64,000 nucleotides of DNA from the NCBI GenBank assembly GCA_964602985.1, contig CAZRTJ010000007.1:15094-79093 (forward strand), in the 5' to 3' direction. The number at the start of each line of letters is the position of its first letter. Position 1 is the stretch's first letter. A model generated the notes under the pieces. It searched no databases, had not been told where the DNA came from, and was given only the letters and a program-made list of their open reading frames with translations. This DNA comes from an uncultured Bacteroidota bacterium. GTDB taxonomy: Bacteria; CLD3; SB21. This document shows positions 9,353-20,185 of the stretch, piece by piece. Position numbers and translations under genes: made by a program.

Positions 9353-10492
9353 TTAGGTTGCGTTGAGAAGATGAGTAAAATGGGAATCAATTTGAAGTCC
9401 AATTTTATTCGCGTCGTGTTGGGCGGAAACGTACTCGCGCGCTCGTGCGCCCATTTCCGCTCGAAGGCTTGGATTTGCGATTAAGCGATCCACATCGGCA
9501 ATCAACTGTTCGAAAGAGCGGGAATGAAAGCCCATCTGTTGAGTTTCGAGAAGTCCATCCGGATCGCAATCCAGCGTGACGACGGGCGTTGCGTGGATCC
9601 AAGCCTGCAGGTACGTGTTGGGAAACCCTTCGCGGTCGGGCAGTGAGGTGTTGACAACGATCGAGGCGCGTGCGAACCAATTTTGCGATTCGTCCCAGGA
9701 TAAGGGACCCACGTGAACGATGTTTGGAGTTGTCCTCATGAGTTCATCTATTTCGCTGCGATAGGAAGCATCCGGAACCGTTCCGGCTGCGACAAACCGG
9801 ACACGATGATGCGACAATGCGGCCGCCAATCGCACAAATATTTCCAGCCGTTTGCGCCGACCCGCGTGCGCGATCCACAGGACGACGGGGGGGGTGTCCT
9901 TTGTTGCGGAATGCCGAGGAATCTCGATCGGCGATCGCACCAATTCTGCATTTCGATGAAACGTTTGTTCACAACGAACGCGCTGCCATTCCGTCTGAGC
10001 AAAACGCAGTGCAGCGCTACGGATGGTCATGTCAAAGAGTTTTCGCTTCAGCAGGTTCTGACATCGCATCAGGAGGCGAATCGGCCAGGGAGATTTGTGA
10101 AAATGATCGGGTAGAAAAATATTCGGATCGAAATCACTGTCTTCCGCGAAGTGATACACGGTCGGAAGGCGCAGGATATTCGCGGCAATCCATCCCACGA
10201 GGGAGGCGGTCAGGTTGGATCGTCCGCGTTGATACACGAGTGAAGGTCGGCGACGGCGCAGAATCCGCAGGATGTCCAGACGCACCAGGTCAAAATACCT
10301 GGATCGACGAACGTACTCGCAGTGCGGATCGTAGGGGGAGTCCGCCGGCGAGGGAGCGGTAGCGATATACCATATTTGCCACCCTCGACTGCGGAGTTGT
10401 CCCGCGATTCGGTCGATCTGCATTTCAACACCACCGGTTTTCTGACTGGCGATACGCGTGGCGAGAAAGAGGACAGACTTTTGCGTCGTCAC
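9353..10492 (-). CDS. Glycosyltransferase family 4
   Basis: TGGVEMQ N-terminal motif; VNTS..REGFPNTYLQAW (ExxxxxxxE-like) GT-B motif. Confidence 0.85.
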   Translation of the reverse strand: MTTQKSVLFLATRIASQKTGGVEMQIDRIAGQLRSRGWQIWYIATAPSPADSPYDPHCEYVRRSRYFDLVRLDILRILRRRRPSLVYQRGRSNLTASLVGWIAANILRLPTVYHFAEDSDFDPNIFLPDHFHKSPWPIRLLMRCQNLLKRKLFDMTIRSAALRFAQTEWQRVRCEQTFHRNAELVRSPIEIPRHSATKDTPPVVLWIAHAGRRKRLEIFVRLAAALSHHRVRFVAAGTVPDASYRSEIDELMRTTPNIVHVGPLSWDESQNWFARASIVVNTSLPDREGFPNTYLQAWIHATPVVTLDCDPDGLLETQQMGFHSRSFEQLIADVDRLIANPSLRAEMGARAREYVSAQHDANKIGLQIDSHFTHLLNAT

Positions 10493-11430
10493 GCTCCCGG
10501 CCCCAGGGATGCAAATACAGCGCGCAGTCCCTGTGCAAAGTGAACGGACGGTTCGTATCCCAGATGAGCCCGGGCTTTGTCAATGCTGGCTAGAGAGTGG
10601 AGCACATCACCCGGTCGCGCAGGCTCGAAAGTCAGGATGATCGCGGTTTTACAGATCTGATTCAGATGTTGCACCAGATCGAGTAGTGTAAATCGTTCTC
10701 CGCACGCAATGTTGTACACCTGTCCGGCAGCCCGAGGTTGGTGACAGGCAAGCACGTTTGCCTCGATTACATTGTCAATGAAGGTGAAATCACGCGATTG
10801 TTTGCCATCTCCGTAAATGACAGGGGTGTGTTGAAGTTTCATCATCTTGGCAAACTTGATAATGACAGCCGAGTAGTGTGAATCGGGGTCCTGACGCGGT
10901 CCAAAGACATTGAAGTATCGCAGACAGACCGTTTCCAATCCGTACACGGAATGATAGATCTGACAATAGCGTTCCGCTGTGTACTTGGATAACGCATAGG
11001 GGGATAATGGTTCAACTTTCATGTCTTCCGTTTTGGGCAAGGAGGGGTTGCTGCCGTACACCGAGGAGGAGGAAGCATAGACCACGCGGCGAATGCGGAA
11101 CTCGCGGGCGGCTTCCAGGACATTCAGCGTGCCCAGGATATTCACGTCGTTTGTCGTGATGGGATCCTGAATCGAACGATACACAGAAGGCAAGGCGCCC
11201 TGATGAAACACAAAATCGATATCGCGCATGGCCGCCCGAACAATATGAAAACTTCGAAGGTCGCCCTCCACCAGTTCGAAATTCTTATGCGCGACAAAGA
11301 AGGCCGCATTGGTTCTCTTCCCGGTTGAGAAATTATCCAGAATGCGGACGCAATGTCCGTCGCGAAGCAGACGATCTACCAAATGAGAACCGATGAATCC
11401 GGCTCCGCCGGTCACGAGATACGACGCCAT
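10489..11430 (-). CDS. NAD-dependent sugar epimerase/dehydratase (extended SDR, WbpP/GalE-like)
   Basis: TGGAGFIGSH, YASSSSVYG, SPYALSK, LRYFNVFGPRQ, RDFTFI. Confidence 0.93.
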   Translation of the reverse strand: MASYLVTGGAGFIGSHLVDRLLRDGHCVRILDNFSTGKRTNAAFFVAHKNFELVEGDLRSFHIVRAAMRDIDFVFHQGALPSVYRSIQDPITTNDVNILGTLNVLEAAREFRIRRVVYASSSSVYGSNPSLPKTEDMKVEPLSPYALSKYTAERYCQIYHSVYGLETVCLRYFNVFGPRQDPDSHYSAVIIKFAKMMKLQHTPVIYGDGKQSRDFTFIDNVIEANVLACHQPRAAGQVYNIACGERFTLLDLVQHLNQICKTAIILTFEPARPGDVLHSLASIDKARAHLGYEPSVHFAQGLRAVFASLGPGA

Positions 11431-11572
11431 CCTTTTTCTTCCCTGTCTTTTTTTCTATTTTGTCAAAACTAACGCCACCCGATCCATTTTTCAACCACGC
11501 CTTCGCGATTCTTGCGAATCTGCAACGTTTTGGCTAAGTTTTACGCGACACCGCACCCATCAGGTCTTGCAC

Positions 11573-12730
11573 ATGACAATACAAAATTCCACTGAAAAGA
11601 AGTATACGATTCTGATCGTCGATGACGAAGAGCTCAACGTCAAATTTCTGAACACGTTCCTGACGCGCAAGGGCTACCGAATCGTGTCCGCCCCAACGGG
11701 CAAGAAGGCTCTGGCCACGATTGAACGCGAACTTCCGGACGTCGTTCTCCTGGATGCGATGATGCCGGAAATGGACGGCTTTGATGTTTGCAAGGCCCTG
11801 CGAGCGGATGAGCGCACGAAGTCTTTGCCGGTGATCATGGTAACGGCCCTCCACAGCGTCGAGGATGAAGTGCGCGCCCTGGAGTCAGGAGCCGACGATT
11901 TTCTTTCCAAACCGATCAACAACCTGGAGCTCATCGCCCGGCTTCGCTCGCTGTTGCGGATCAAAGACCTGCATGATCTGCTCCGTCAAAGCAAGGACGA
12001 GGTCGATGCAAAGAATCGGCAATTGCTCGAGTTGCAGGGTTTTCGGGATACCCTGACTCAAATGATCGTCCACGATCTCAAAAATCCACTCACCGGCATT
12101 ATGGGGTGTGCCGAACTGCTGACGATGACTCCGGAGAGTCTGACTGAAAAGCAGATGACCATCATCAAGAAAATGGAAGAAAGTGCGTCGACCATTCTGA
12201 AGATGATCACGGAGCTGCTCGACATAAGCCGAATGGAAGAGAACAAAATGGTCCTTCGCAAAGAGCCGCTGAATCTCGGCGAACTGATCGAAGCCAACGT
12301 CAATGAACTGTCCGTGATGATGATGAAATCAGGGATATCGTGTCGTTCTGCTGTAGAACCGAACGTGCCGCCGATCCTGGGCGATCGCGACCTGATCTCG
12401 CGTGTGATGGCCAATCTCCTGCACAACGGTATCAAACATAGCCATCGCGATGGCGTGATCGAAATCGAAGTCGGCGTAGAACCGATGCTGCATCAGGTGG
12501 AAGTGACTTTCCGCGATCAGGGCGAGGGCATCGCCGTGGAATACCGCGAGAAGATCTTTGAGAAATTCACACAAGCTGACTTGAAGAAATTGGGATTGAA
12601 AACCGACAGAGGACTGGGGCTGACGTTCTGCAAGCTGGCAGTCGAAGCGCACGGAGGAAAAATCTGGGTCGAAAGTGAGGTCGGCAAGGGCAGCGAGTTC
12701 AAGTTCAGTCTGCCCCTGGGAACTCCATGA
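11573..12730 (+). CDS. Hybrid receiver-histidine kinase (REC-HisKA-HATPase, no sensor domain)
   Basis: ILIVDDEE...LLDAMMPEMDG...KP; VHDLKNPL H-box; NLLHNG, DQGEG, GLGLTFC. Start reset to 11573. Confidence 0.93.
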   Translation: MTIQNSTEKKYTILIVDDEELNVKFLNTFLTRKGYRIVSAPTGKKALATIERELPDVVLLDAMMPEMDGFDVCKALRADERTKSLPVIMVTALHSVEDEVRALESGADDFLSKPINNLELIARLRSLLRIKDLHDLLRQSKDEVDAKNRQLLELQGFRDTLTQMIVHDLKNPLTGIMGCAELLTMTPESLTEKQMTIIKKMEESASTILKMITELLDISRMEENKMVLRKEPLNLGELIEANVNELSVMMMKSGISCRSAVEPNVPPILGDRDLISRVMANLLHNGIKHSHRDGVIEIEVGVEPMLHQVEVTFRDQGEGIAVEYREKIFEKFTQADLKKLGLKTDRGLGLTFCKLAVEAHGGKIWVESEVGKGSEFKFSLPLGTP

Positions 12731-13065
12731 TCCTTGCGGCCATTCCCGATCTGCTCCTCTTATCACGGGTCAATGCCGCCGCCGTGCAAGCGGGGGAATC
12801 TCTGCGAAACGAATCGGCTTCCCTTGAACAATTCCTGCTCTGCGTGCGGGATACGAAGCCCCGTTTGATTGTTTTGGACCTGGATAGAGTGTCGTGGAAT
12901 CTGAAACTCCTGATTTCCCAAATCCGACCTCATCCTGCGATCATAGTGGGTTTTGGATCCCATGTTCACGTCGAGACTCTGCAGGCGGCGCGTGACGCCG
13001 GGGTGGACGCGGTTGTCTATCGCTCACAACTGTTCGACGAACTCAATCGTCTACTGAGTTCATAA
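12727..13065 (+). CDS. Atypical single-domain receiver-like protein
   Basis: PRLIVLDLD, GFGSHV, AARDAGVDAVVYRS; REC-like fold but lacks the conserved KP; ATGA overlap. Confidence 0.65.
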   Translation: MILAAIPDLLLLSRVNAAAVQAGESLRNESASLEQFLLCVRDTKPRLIVLDLDRVSWNLKLLISQIRPHPAIIVGFGSHVHVETLQAARDAGVDAVVYRSQLFDELNRLLSS

Positions 13066-13721
13066 TGCGCGCCTGGATTCGTTCACTGCTTTTGTTTTTC
13101 TATCCTTCCGTTTGCGGACAGTGCCGGGCGGTTGTGGATGACGGTGAAGAGTTTTGCCCATCGTGCTGGTTGCATTTGGTACGGGCGGCTCCCGATGCGC
13201 ACACCGGCATCCGGGAAGCCGATGCGATCGATGAGCTGGCCTTTGGCTTCGTGTACAATGACTTTGTTCAGCATGTGATTCACGCTGTGAAGTATGAGCA
13301 ATTTCTAAGCGGTGTCGCCGCTCTGGCGAACCACTGTCCACGACCCGATTTTGTCGGGCCCGAAGCCATTCTTGTCCCGGTTCCCCTGCATCCTGCGCGG
13401 CTGCGGGAGCGAGGATACAACCAGGCGGCTCTTTTTGCAGAGGCTTTGGCCGAGCGTTGGTCGGTGCGATCCGAGACGGACATGCTGTGCCGGAAGGCAA
13501 ACAACGAATCGCAGACGGTGATGGACTCTCCCGAAGAGCGCAAGAAGAACGTCGAAGGAATATTTGCCGTGAGGAACAAGTCCATGGTGGGGCGGGACAT
13601 CGTGTTGATCGACGACGTGGTTACCACTGGAGCAACAGTCAACGAATGCGCCAATGCCCTCAAACGCGGAGGGGCGCGAAGGGTCTTTGTTTTTGGCATT
13701 GCCCGACCGGAATTTCAATGA
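13065..13721 (+). CDS. ComF family double zinc ribbon + phosphoribosyltransferase protein
   Basis: CGQC...CPSC, VPVPLHPARLRERGYNQA, VLIDDVVTTGAT. Confidence 0.92.
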   Translation: MRAWIRSLLLFFYPSVCGQCRAVVDDGEEFCPSCWLHLVRAAPDAHTGIREADAIDELAFGFVYNDFVQHVIHAVKYEQFLSGVAALANHCPRPDFVGPEAILVPVPLHPARLRERGYNQAALFAEALAERWSVRSETDMLCRKANNESQTVMDSPEERKKNVEGIFAVRNKSMVGRDIVLIDDVVTTGATVNECANALKRGGARRVFVFGIARPEFQ

Positions 13722-14461
13722 TCCGTCGGGTTGCGCTCTGTCAATTTCCCTGCGATTCAGAACTGAACAGCGATCGGGTGGGTCGGATCGAGGCCCTGCG
13801 GCCAGACCTTGTCTGTCTGCCAGAGTATTTCTTCATGCATGAACATCGGACCCATCAGGCGGAGGCACGCTACCGGGAGGAAAATATCGCTGCGATTCGC
13901 GAGTTGTCGGAGCGCTTGCGTTGTGCCGTGATTGGCGGCAGTTTGGTCGAAGAGAGGGATGGGAGATATTACAATGTCTCTTATCTCGCTGATCGCGGCG
14001 CCGTCGTAGGGTCGTACGTGAAAAATCATTTGTTCCACGCGGAAGAGAAAGCCGGGATGACTGCAGGGACAGGGTGTAACACGTTTCACGTGGGAAATGC
14101 CGTGATCGGCATACTGATCTGTGCGGACGTCTTGCAACCATCGGTTTGGAAACACCTCGCGAAATTTCACTGCGATATTGTTTTTGTCCCAACGACGTCG
14201 CCGAAGAAAGTAGAAACGACAGAAGAAAAATATCGTCGGGACGAGGAGATCTTTGTCAACGGCGCCAGGGTCAGCGGAAGTTACGTCGCAAAATGCTGTG
14301 CCGTAGGGACGATTTTTGGGAATCCCCTTCAGGGGCGTTCTCTCATCGCATCCCCAGACGGCATCCTCGTCCGTGCCACTCCCAACCAGGAGGCTGAGGA
14401 ATTGATCTTATGTGCGGACTTGGATCTGGCAACTGTGTCACAGTGGCGTGAAGAATCATGA
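13718..14461 (+). CDS. Carbon-nitrogen hydrolase (nitrilase superfamily)
   Basis: LPEYF (Glu), YVKNHLF (Lys), ICADV (Cys) triad; start reset to ATG 13718 (ATGA overlap). Confidence 0.88.
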   Translation: MIRRVALCQFPCDSELNSDRVGRIEALRPDLVCLPEYFFMHEHRTHQAEARYREENIAAIRELSERLRCAVIGGSLVEERDGRYYNVSYLADRGAVVGSYVKNHLFHAEEKAGMTAGTGCNTFHVGNAVIGILICADVLQPSVWKHLAKFHCDIVFVPTTSPKKVETTEEKYRRDEEIFVNGARVSGSYVAKCCAVGTIFGNPLQGRSLIASPDGILVRATPNQEAEELILCADLDLATVSQWREES

Positions 14462-15342
14462 AAATCGGGTTCATTATCAATCCGCACGCGGGAGTCGCAC
14501 GTGATTTGGAGGGCGAAGTTCGAAAATGGGCGAACGTCCATTTGCAGGCCGAAGCGTCTTTTGCCCGCACGGAAAAGAAAGGACACGCCACAGAGTTAGC
14601 CTCGGAGATGGCCGCTCGCGGGGTCGAGGTCGTCGTGGCGGTCGGCGGGGACGGTACGGTCAATGAAACGGCACGCGGCCTGCTGGGATCCTCGGCGGCG
14701 CTCGGAGTGGTTCCATGTGGTTCGGGTAACGGCCTGGCTCGAGGGTTGGGAATTCCGCTGAGCATGCGGAAGGCCGTGGCCGGTTTGAAGAACCATCGTA
14801 CCAGCAAGATCGATGTGGGCATGATCACGAATGGCTCACACAGGAGATTTTTCTTCGGTTTCTCCGGAATTGGCTTCGACGCTTATGTGGGCAGTCAGTT
14901 TAACAAACGCAAAGGCCGACGCGGTCTTCTGCCATATGTCTTGCTGTCTCTCCGCGGGTACTGGAAATTCAAGCCGGTGCCCCTGCGCGTTACGCTCGAC
15001 GACCGGCTGGTCGAATCTCGTCCGTTTGTCTTGGCGGTTGCCAACACGCGGGAATACGGGAATGGAGCCATCATCGCCCCGGCGGCAAGACCCGATGACG
15101 GCCTGCTCGATGTCAGCATCCTGCGAGAATTCGGATTTCTGCATGGCCTGTGGAATGGATGGCGCCTCTTCAATGGGACCATCGACCGAATCCCGGAGAT
15201 GTCCACGTACCGCGTGACCCGTGTTCGCGTTGAGTGCGATCGTCGATTTCTGTTTCACGCAGACGGCGAGGTGGAGGAATCGGACGGACAGGTTGAATTC
15301 GAAATTCACGGAGAGCAACTCCGAGTCGCGCTTCCCGGTTAA
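14458..15342 (+). CDS. Diacylglycerol/lipid kinase family protein (YegS/BmrU-like)
   Basis: IINPHAG, VGGDGTVNE, PCGSGNGLAR, YGNG..IAP.A..DDG. Confidence 0.92.
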   Translation: MKIGFIINPHAGVARDLEGEVRKWANVHLQAEASFARTEKKGHATELASEMAARGVEVVVAVGGDGTVNETARGLLGSSAALGVVPCGSGNGLARGLGIPLSMRKAVAGLKNHRTSKIDVGMITNGSHRRFFFGFSGIGFDAYVGSQFNKRKGRRGLLPYVLLSLRGYWKFKPVPLRVTLDDRLVESRPFVLAVANTREYGNGAIIAPAARPDDGLLDVSILREFGFLHGLWNGWRLFNGTIDRIPEMSTYRVTRVRVECDRRFLFHADGEVEESDGQVEFEIHGEQLRVALPG

Positions 15343-15387
15343 GGAATCGCTGTTGCGGCAATCCATCGATTTGACTACATTGCGCCC

Positions 15388-16089
15388 ATGTCATCAGGAG
15401 TTTCCCACACCGAACGCGCCCGCTTTCTGAAGCGGGTTCCGATTTTTTCGGAACTGGCGCCCAAGGATCTGGAACGAATTTCGGCTGTTGCGCATTTGCG
15501 CACGTACTCACGGGACCAGATGATCCTGATCGAAGAGGATACGGGCCAAACACTATTCATCCTGATGTCGGGACAAGTCAAGATCTCTCGTATCAGTGAA
15601 GAAGGACGCGAAGTCATCCTGGCGGTTATGGCCGAGGGTGATTTCTTCGGCGAGCTTTCTCTGCTGGACGGACAATCTCGTTCGGCCAACGTGACCGTCA
15701 TCAAAGAGGCAGAAATTCTACTGATTCACCGTGAAGATTTTCTCAACTTGTTGAGCGAATTTCCCACCATTGGGATCAATCTCCTGAAAGAATTGGCAAG
15801 CCGGATTCGCAAATCAGATGCCCAAATCAAGAGTTTGTCCCTTCGCAACGCGACCGGCAAGGTGGCTTCCACGCTGCTCCGATTGGCCGAGGATATCGGA
15901 GAGCCGTCCGGAGTTTCCATCAAGATTGCCAATCTGCCGACCCAGCAGGATTTGGCCAACATGGCCGGCACTTCCCGTGAGACCATCAATCGCGTCATCC
16001 AACGCCTCATGACCGACGGGTATATTTCGCGTGGCACGAATGATCTCACCATCGTCAATTTGCAAAAATTCAAAGAAGATTTTGCCTGA
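15388..16089 (+). CDS. Crp/Fnr family transcriptional regulator (cNMP-binding)
   Basis: GDFFGELSLLDGQSRSANV cNMP pocket; TQQDLANMAGTSRETINR HTH. Confidence 0.93.
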   Translation: MSSGVSHTERARFLKRVPIFSELAPKDLERISAVAHLRTYSRDQMILIEEDTGQTLFILMSGQVKISRISEEGREVILAVMAEGDFFGELSLLDGQSRSANVTVIKEAEILLIHREDFLNLLSEFPTIGINLLKELASRIRKSDAQIKSLSLRNATGKVASTLLRLAEDIGEPSGVSIKIANLPTQQDLANMAGTSRETINRVIQRLMTDGYISRGTNDLTIVNLQKFKEDFA

Positions 16090-16170
16090 TGTTTTCTGCA
16101 AAGAGTCTGCTGTATGGCCAATCGGAGGTTCCGGTTGGCTTTCGTATTTTCGAACCGTTGAGGTAATTGC

Positions 16171-18270
16171 GTGACCGGTGTTCCGTCCCGCGTATTGTTG
16201 TGTGAGATCAATCGCAAGAATCAGGCAGATGTGGCAGCTGCGTTGACGGATCAGAATCATACCGTCGATGCGGTGACCGATGGCCACGAAGCCTTGGACG
16301 CTGTGGCGGCGCGGTCATACGACTTGGTCATCTTGGCCGCAGACATTCCATCGATCGACGGCTACCAGGTTTGCAGGCTGATCAAAGAGTCCGACCGTAC
16401 GCGAAACGTGCCTGTTATGATCATGTCTTCGGATATGGACCATATGACTCGCGTGCGGGCCATCGAATCGGGCGCCGACGAATTTCTCCTTCTTCCGCTG
16501 AATCGCGTTGAATTGGCGGCTAGAGTTCTTACACTGGTTCGCCAGAAGGCCCTGCAAGAAAAGCTGGAGCGCCAAATCGCCGAGAATGAGGCCGAACGCG
16601 CCAAGCTGGCGAGGAAGAATACCGAACTGCGGGTACTCTCGGAGGTCGCCCGCTTTGTCCTCTCGGTCAAAGATCAACGAAAAGCGCTGCGCGACATGCT
16701 CACGTTGATAGCCTCGGAATTTGAGTTTGGCGGATGTTGCCTTTTCTCCTGTGATTTGCAATCCTGGCGGGTGGAAGCGATTTCGGAATCCCTTCCGTCG
16801 GAATTGGTGGGCAAGCTGTTTCCGCAGGTCGAGATCCTGGACTCCTGCAGGAAACAGGAGAAGCCCATCTGGGTCGATGATTGTGCAAGAGACGCCCGGA
16901 CTCCGCGGGAATTTGTCCAGCAGTTTGGAGTAGGGATTCGCTCCATGATCTCCTGCCCCGTCTCGGTTCGTGGAGAGACCATCGGGATCTTGCTTATGGT
17001 TGGGAAGACAACGTACAACGTGGACATCGGCCTGTTGATGACATTATCAGGACAAGTGGCGCTCGCGATGGAGAATATCCAGCTGTTCACCAAGTTGTCC
17101 GACTTCAACCTGAATCTCCAGAATCAAATCGGTGAATCAACCCGCGCACTGGAGGAACTGACCCAGTTTAATGATAGTATTTTGCAGAGCATCGGATCGG
17201 GCATTATGACGGTGGACTCAAACGAGATAGTGACGTTCCTCAATCGTACTGGTGAAAGTATTCTTTCCACGACCAGCGAGGAGGTTGTCGGACAGGCGCT
17301 GTCAGCGATTTTGGGATCGGTGCCCGTGTCCAAGGTGCTTTCCGCAACCAGCGAGGACTCGATACAAGGCGCTGAGTTGGAACTACGGTTGCCCGCCGGC
17401 AAGAGAATTTATCTGGGATTTCGCACGAACAAACGTCTCACGCGCGAAGGCCAGGAGGCGGGATACATCATCCATTTTCGGGATATTTCCCAAGTGCGGG
17501 AAATGAGAGAAACGATGTATCGCATGGACCGGCTCGTGTCTCTGGGTATGCTGACCAGTGGGATCGCGCACGAAATCCGGAATCCACTGGCGGGGATTAA
17601 GACGATGGCGCAGGCGTTGGAGAAGGAAATGCCGGCGGATGATCATCGCACCGAGTACGTGCAGAGAATTGTCAAGCAGATCAATCGTCTGAACGATCTG
17701 TTGAAATCGTTTTTCTCGTATGCCCGTCCCTTGAAACCCAACCGCGAATACTGCGATTTGCGCTCCATCGTTGGGGACATTACCACGCTTTTGAAATCAC
17801 GAATGGTCAATGAGAACATAACGATTGAAGAATATTACGATCCAAAGATTCCGCGGTTGTATGTCGATGGAAATCAGATTGAACAAGTCCTGATGAACCT
17901 CTTCATCAATGCGCTCGACTCGATGAAGCCATATGGAGTGTTGACGTTTTCGGCGGTTCGCAAACAGCGCAACATTCCGCCGTATTTCTTTGACCCGCGC
18001 GACGTGGTCGAAATCACGGTTCACGATACAGGCGCCGGTATCAAACAAGAACATCTTTCGGCGATCTTCGATCCGTTCTTCACAACCAAACCCAACGGTA
18101 CGGGCTTGGGTCTTTCCATTGTATATCGTATCATTCATGAGCACCACGGACATATCGAGGTGCAAAGCGAACTAGGAAAAGGAACGACGTTTCTGATCTG
18201 TCTGCCGCTGACTGAAAAGGCGATGCCGACGGATTCGCTTGAGACGCCAGCAAAGGCAGGTGAGTCATGA
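16171..18270 (+). CDS. Hybrid sensor kinase REC-GAF-PAS-HisKA-HATPase
   Basis: N-terminal REC; GAF ([16 protein letters not shown]); PAS ([10 protein letters not shown]); [36 protein letters not shown]. Confidence 0.93.
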   Translation: MTGVPSRVLLCEINRKNQADVAAALTDQNHTVDAVTDGHEALDAVAARSYDLVILAADIPSIDGYQVCRLIKESDRTRNVPVMIMSSDMDHMTRVRAIESGADEFLLLPLNRVELAARVLTLVRQKALQEKLERQIAENEAERAKLARKNTELRVLSEVARFVLSVKDQRKALRDMLTLIASEFEFGGCCLFSCDLQSWRVEAISESLPSELVGKLFPQVEILDSCRKQEKPIWVDDCARDARTPREFVQQFGVGIRSMISCPVSVRGETIGILLMVGKTTYNVDIGLLMTLSGQVALAMENIQLFTKLSDFNLNLQNQIGESTRALEELTQFNDSILQSIGSGIMTVDSNEIVTFLNRTGESILSTTSEEVVGQALSAILGSVPVSKVLSATSEDSIQGAELELRLPAGKRIYLGFRTNKRLTREGQEAGYIIHFRDISQVREMRETMYRMDRLVSLGMLTSGIAHEIRNPLAGIKTMAQALEKEMPADDHRTEYVQRIVKQINRLNDLLKSFFSYARPLKPNREYCDLRSIVGDITTLLKSRMVNENITIEEYYDPKIPRLYVDGNQIEQVLMNLFINALDSMKPYGVLTFSAVRKQRNIPPYFFDPRDVVEITVHDTGAGIKQEHLSAIFDPFFTTKPNGTGLGLSIVYRIIHEHHGHIEVQSELGKGTTFLICLPLTEKAMPTDSLETPAKAGES

Positions 18271-19358
18271 AGAAAAAAGTACTGGTCGTGGACGATGAGG
18301 AAGACCTCACGTGGAGTATTTCGAAGAATCTCTCTCGTGACAAGGATAACTTTGAAGTCATCTGTGTGAACAGCGGCGATGAGGCTCTGAACTTGCTGGC
18401 CCAGGTACCGGTCGACCTCGTCGTGTCGGACATTCGCATGCCTGGAATCAGCGGCCTGGATTTGCTCTTGGAAATCAAGAAGGAATATCCGAACACCCGC
18501 GCCATCATTATGACGGCGTTTGGTTCAGCGGATGTCCAAAAGGAAGCAACGGAGCGGGGAAGTCTCTTCTACATCGAGAAGCCGTTTGAAATCGACGATC
18601 TGAGGGGAATCATTCAGAAGGCGCTCAGCGAAAAGAAGGGATTTGACGGCAAGGTGACGGATTTCCAACTGAGTGACTTGATCCAGATGAATATCCTCGG
18701 CCGTATGGTGGCCGCCCTGATCGTGAACAAGGACAACCAGCAAGGCATCATCTACTTCAGTGAGGGCAATATCACCCACGCGATGTGCGGGTCTTTGAAG
18801 GGCGATGAAGCGTTTTACAGGATCATGTCCTGGGAGGACGGAAAATTTGAATTTCGCAAAGGCGAGATTCCGGAAGAAGAGTCCATCACCAAAGGCTGGC
18901 AGAGTCTGTTGCTGGAAGGGATGCGTCGAAAAGACGAGGTCAATCCGGAGTCAAAGACGCAAATGAAAGAGGACTCCCGCCAAGAGAGTCTGGAGAAGGT
19001 CCGGAGCAGCCTGGCCGATTTCACGAAGATCAAAGGTGTGGACGTCGTGGCGGTGGTTGACGAATCCGGTTTTGTCCGAGCCTCCGCAGCCAACGACAAG
19101 AAGCCGGATGCTTTTGACCTGACCCTGCTGGCGAATTTCTACCCGCAAGCGGTTGAGTTCGTCTCCAAGACGGACAAGGAAACCGGAGGGGGTCAATTGC
19201 GGTTCATGACGATTGAGTTGCAATCCAGGACACTGTTCATGATCGCCATCCCGAATCGCAAAGAAACGCTGTTTGTTGTCACCGAACCGGACGTCAACCT
19301 GGGCGCGATTCGTCTTGCGTCCAAGAAGCAAATACCAATCCTCGCAGAATTGATTTGA
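18267..19358 (+). CDS. Response regulator: REC + DUF4388/PATAN + C-terminal Roadblock/LC7 (MglB-like) domain
   Basis: VLVVDDEE..SDIRMPGISG..KPF; GKVTDFQLSDLIQM...GIIYFSEGNITHA (DUF4388); KIKGVDVVAVVDESGF...NLGAIRL (Roadblock). Confidence 0.85.
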   Translation: MKKKVLVVDDEEDLTWSISKNLSRDKDNFEVICVNSGDEALNLLAQVPVDLVVSDIRMPGISGLDLLLEIKKEYPNTRAIIMTAFGSADVQKEATERGSLFYIEKPFEIDDLRGIIQKALSEKKGFDGKVTDFQLSDLIQMNILGRMVAALIVNKDNQQGIIYFSEGNITHAMCGSLKGDEAFYRIMSWEDGKFEFRKGEIPEEESITKGWQSLLLEGMRRKDEVNPESKTQMKEDSRQESLEKVRSSLADFTKIKGVDVVAVVDESGFVRASAANDKKPDAFDLTLLANFYPQAVEFVSKTDKETGGGQLRFMTIELQSRTLFMIAIPNRKETLFVVTEPDVNLGAIRLASKKQIPILAELI

Positions 19359-20185
19359 GCGCAGGTACCGCCGATCTCCACCTCCATTCCCGTTTTTCCG
19401 ACGGGAATCTGACGCCAACCGAAATTGTCGCGCTCGCAAAAGAAAAGAACCTGGCCGCGATAGCGTTAACCGATCACGACACCGTGAACGGAATTCCCGA
19501 AGCGATGCGGGCTGCGGACGCGTGCAATCTGGAACTCATCTCGGGAATCGAGTTATCTGCGACGTGGGAAGGGAAGGACATTCACGTTCTCGGATATTTC
19601 ATCGATATAGGCTGTCCAGCGCTGCTGCAGGCTCTTCAGCGCTTTGTGGCGGCACGAAGAGAGCGGGCGGAGAAGATGGTGCGAATCCTGCAATCAGAGG
19701 GAGTGGAGATCGGTTTTGATGAGGTCATCGCGGAAGCAGGAGAGGGAGCTTTCGGACGTCCGCATATCGCCACCGTCCTCATGCGAAAGGGGTACGCCAG
19801 GAACGTCTATGACGTCTTCAAAAAGTATCTCGGATACGATTGCATCGCGTACGTAGAGAAATTTTCTGTGACTCCAGCCGAAGCCATTGAATTGATCCAC
19901 AGTGCCAATGGGCTGGCGTTTCTGGCGCATCCGAGTTTCTACATGAAGGAAAAACACTACATGCACGTGATCGAGTCCGGTATCGACGGAATCGAGACGA
20001 TTCACCCAAACCATTTTCCCAATTCCACCGAACACTTCAGGCGCCTGGTCCAGCGATATCACCTGTTGGAGTGCGGGGGTTCAGACTGCCACGGGCGTGC
20101 TGATGCGCTCCAGATTGGCGAATTTCCCGTGCCGTACGAAACCGTCCTGCGAATGAAAGAACGATTGGGCCAGTTCCCCACATGA
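19355..20185 (+). CDS. PHP domain phosphoesterase (YciV/TrpH-like)
   Basis: DLHLHSRFSDG, ALTDHDT, GIELS, GRPHIA, AHP, GSDCHG; TTG start overlapping the upstream TGA. Confidence 0.92.
   Translation: MSAGTADLHLHSRFSDGNLTPTEIVALAKEKNLAAIALTDHDTVNGIPEAMRAADACNLELISGIELSATWEGKDIHVLGYFIDIGCPALLQALQRFVAARRERAEKMVRILQSEGVEIGFDEVIAEAGEGAFGRPHIATVLMRKGYARNVYDVFKKYLGYDCIAYVEKFSVTPAEAIELIHSANGLAFLAHPSFYMKEKHYMHVIESGIDGIETIHPNHFPNSTEHFRRLVQRYHLLECGGSDCHGRADALQIGEFPVPYETVLRMKERLGQFPT

Noticed and set aside
16620-17100. Cys-rich GAF as a bilin-binding photoreceptor
   Set aside because: No DXCF or CH motif arrangement typical of cyanobacteriochrome or phytochrome GAF domains.
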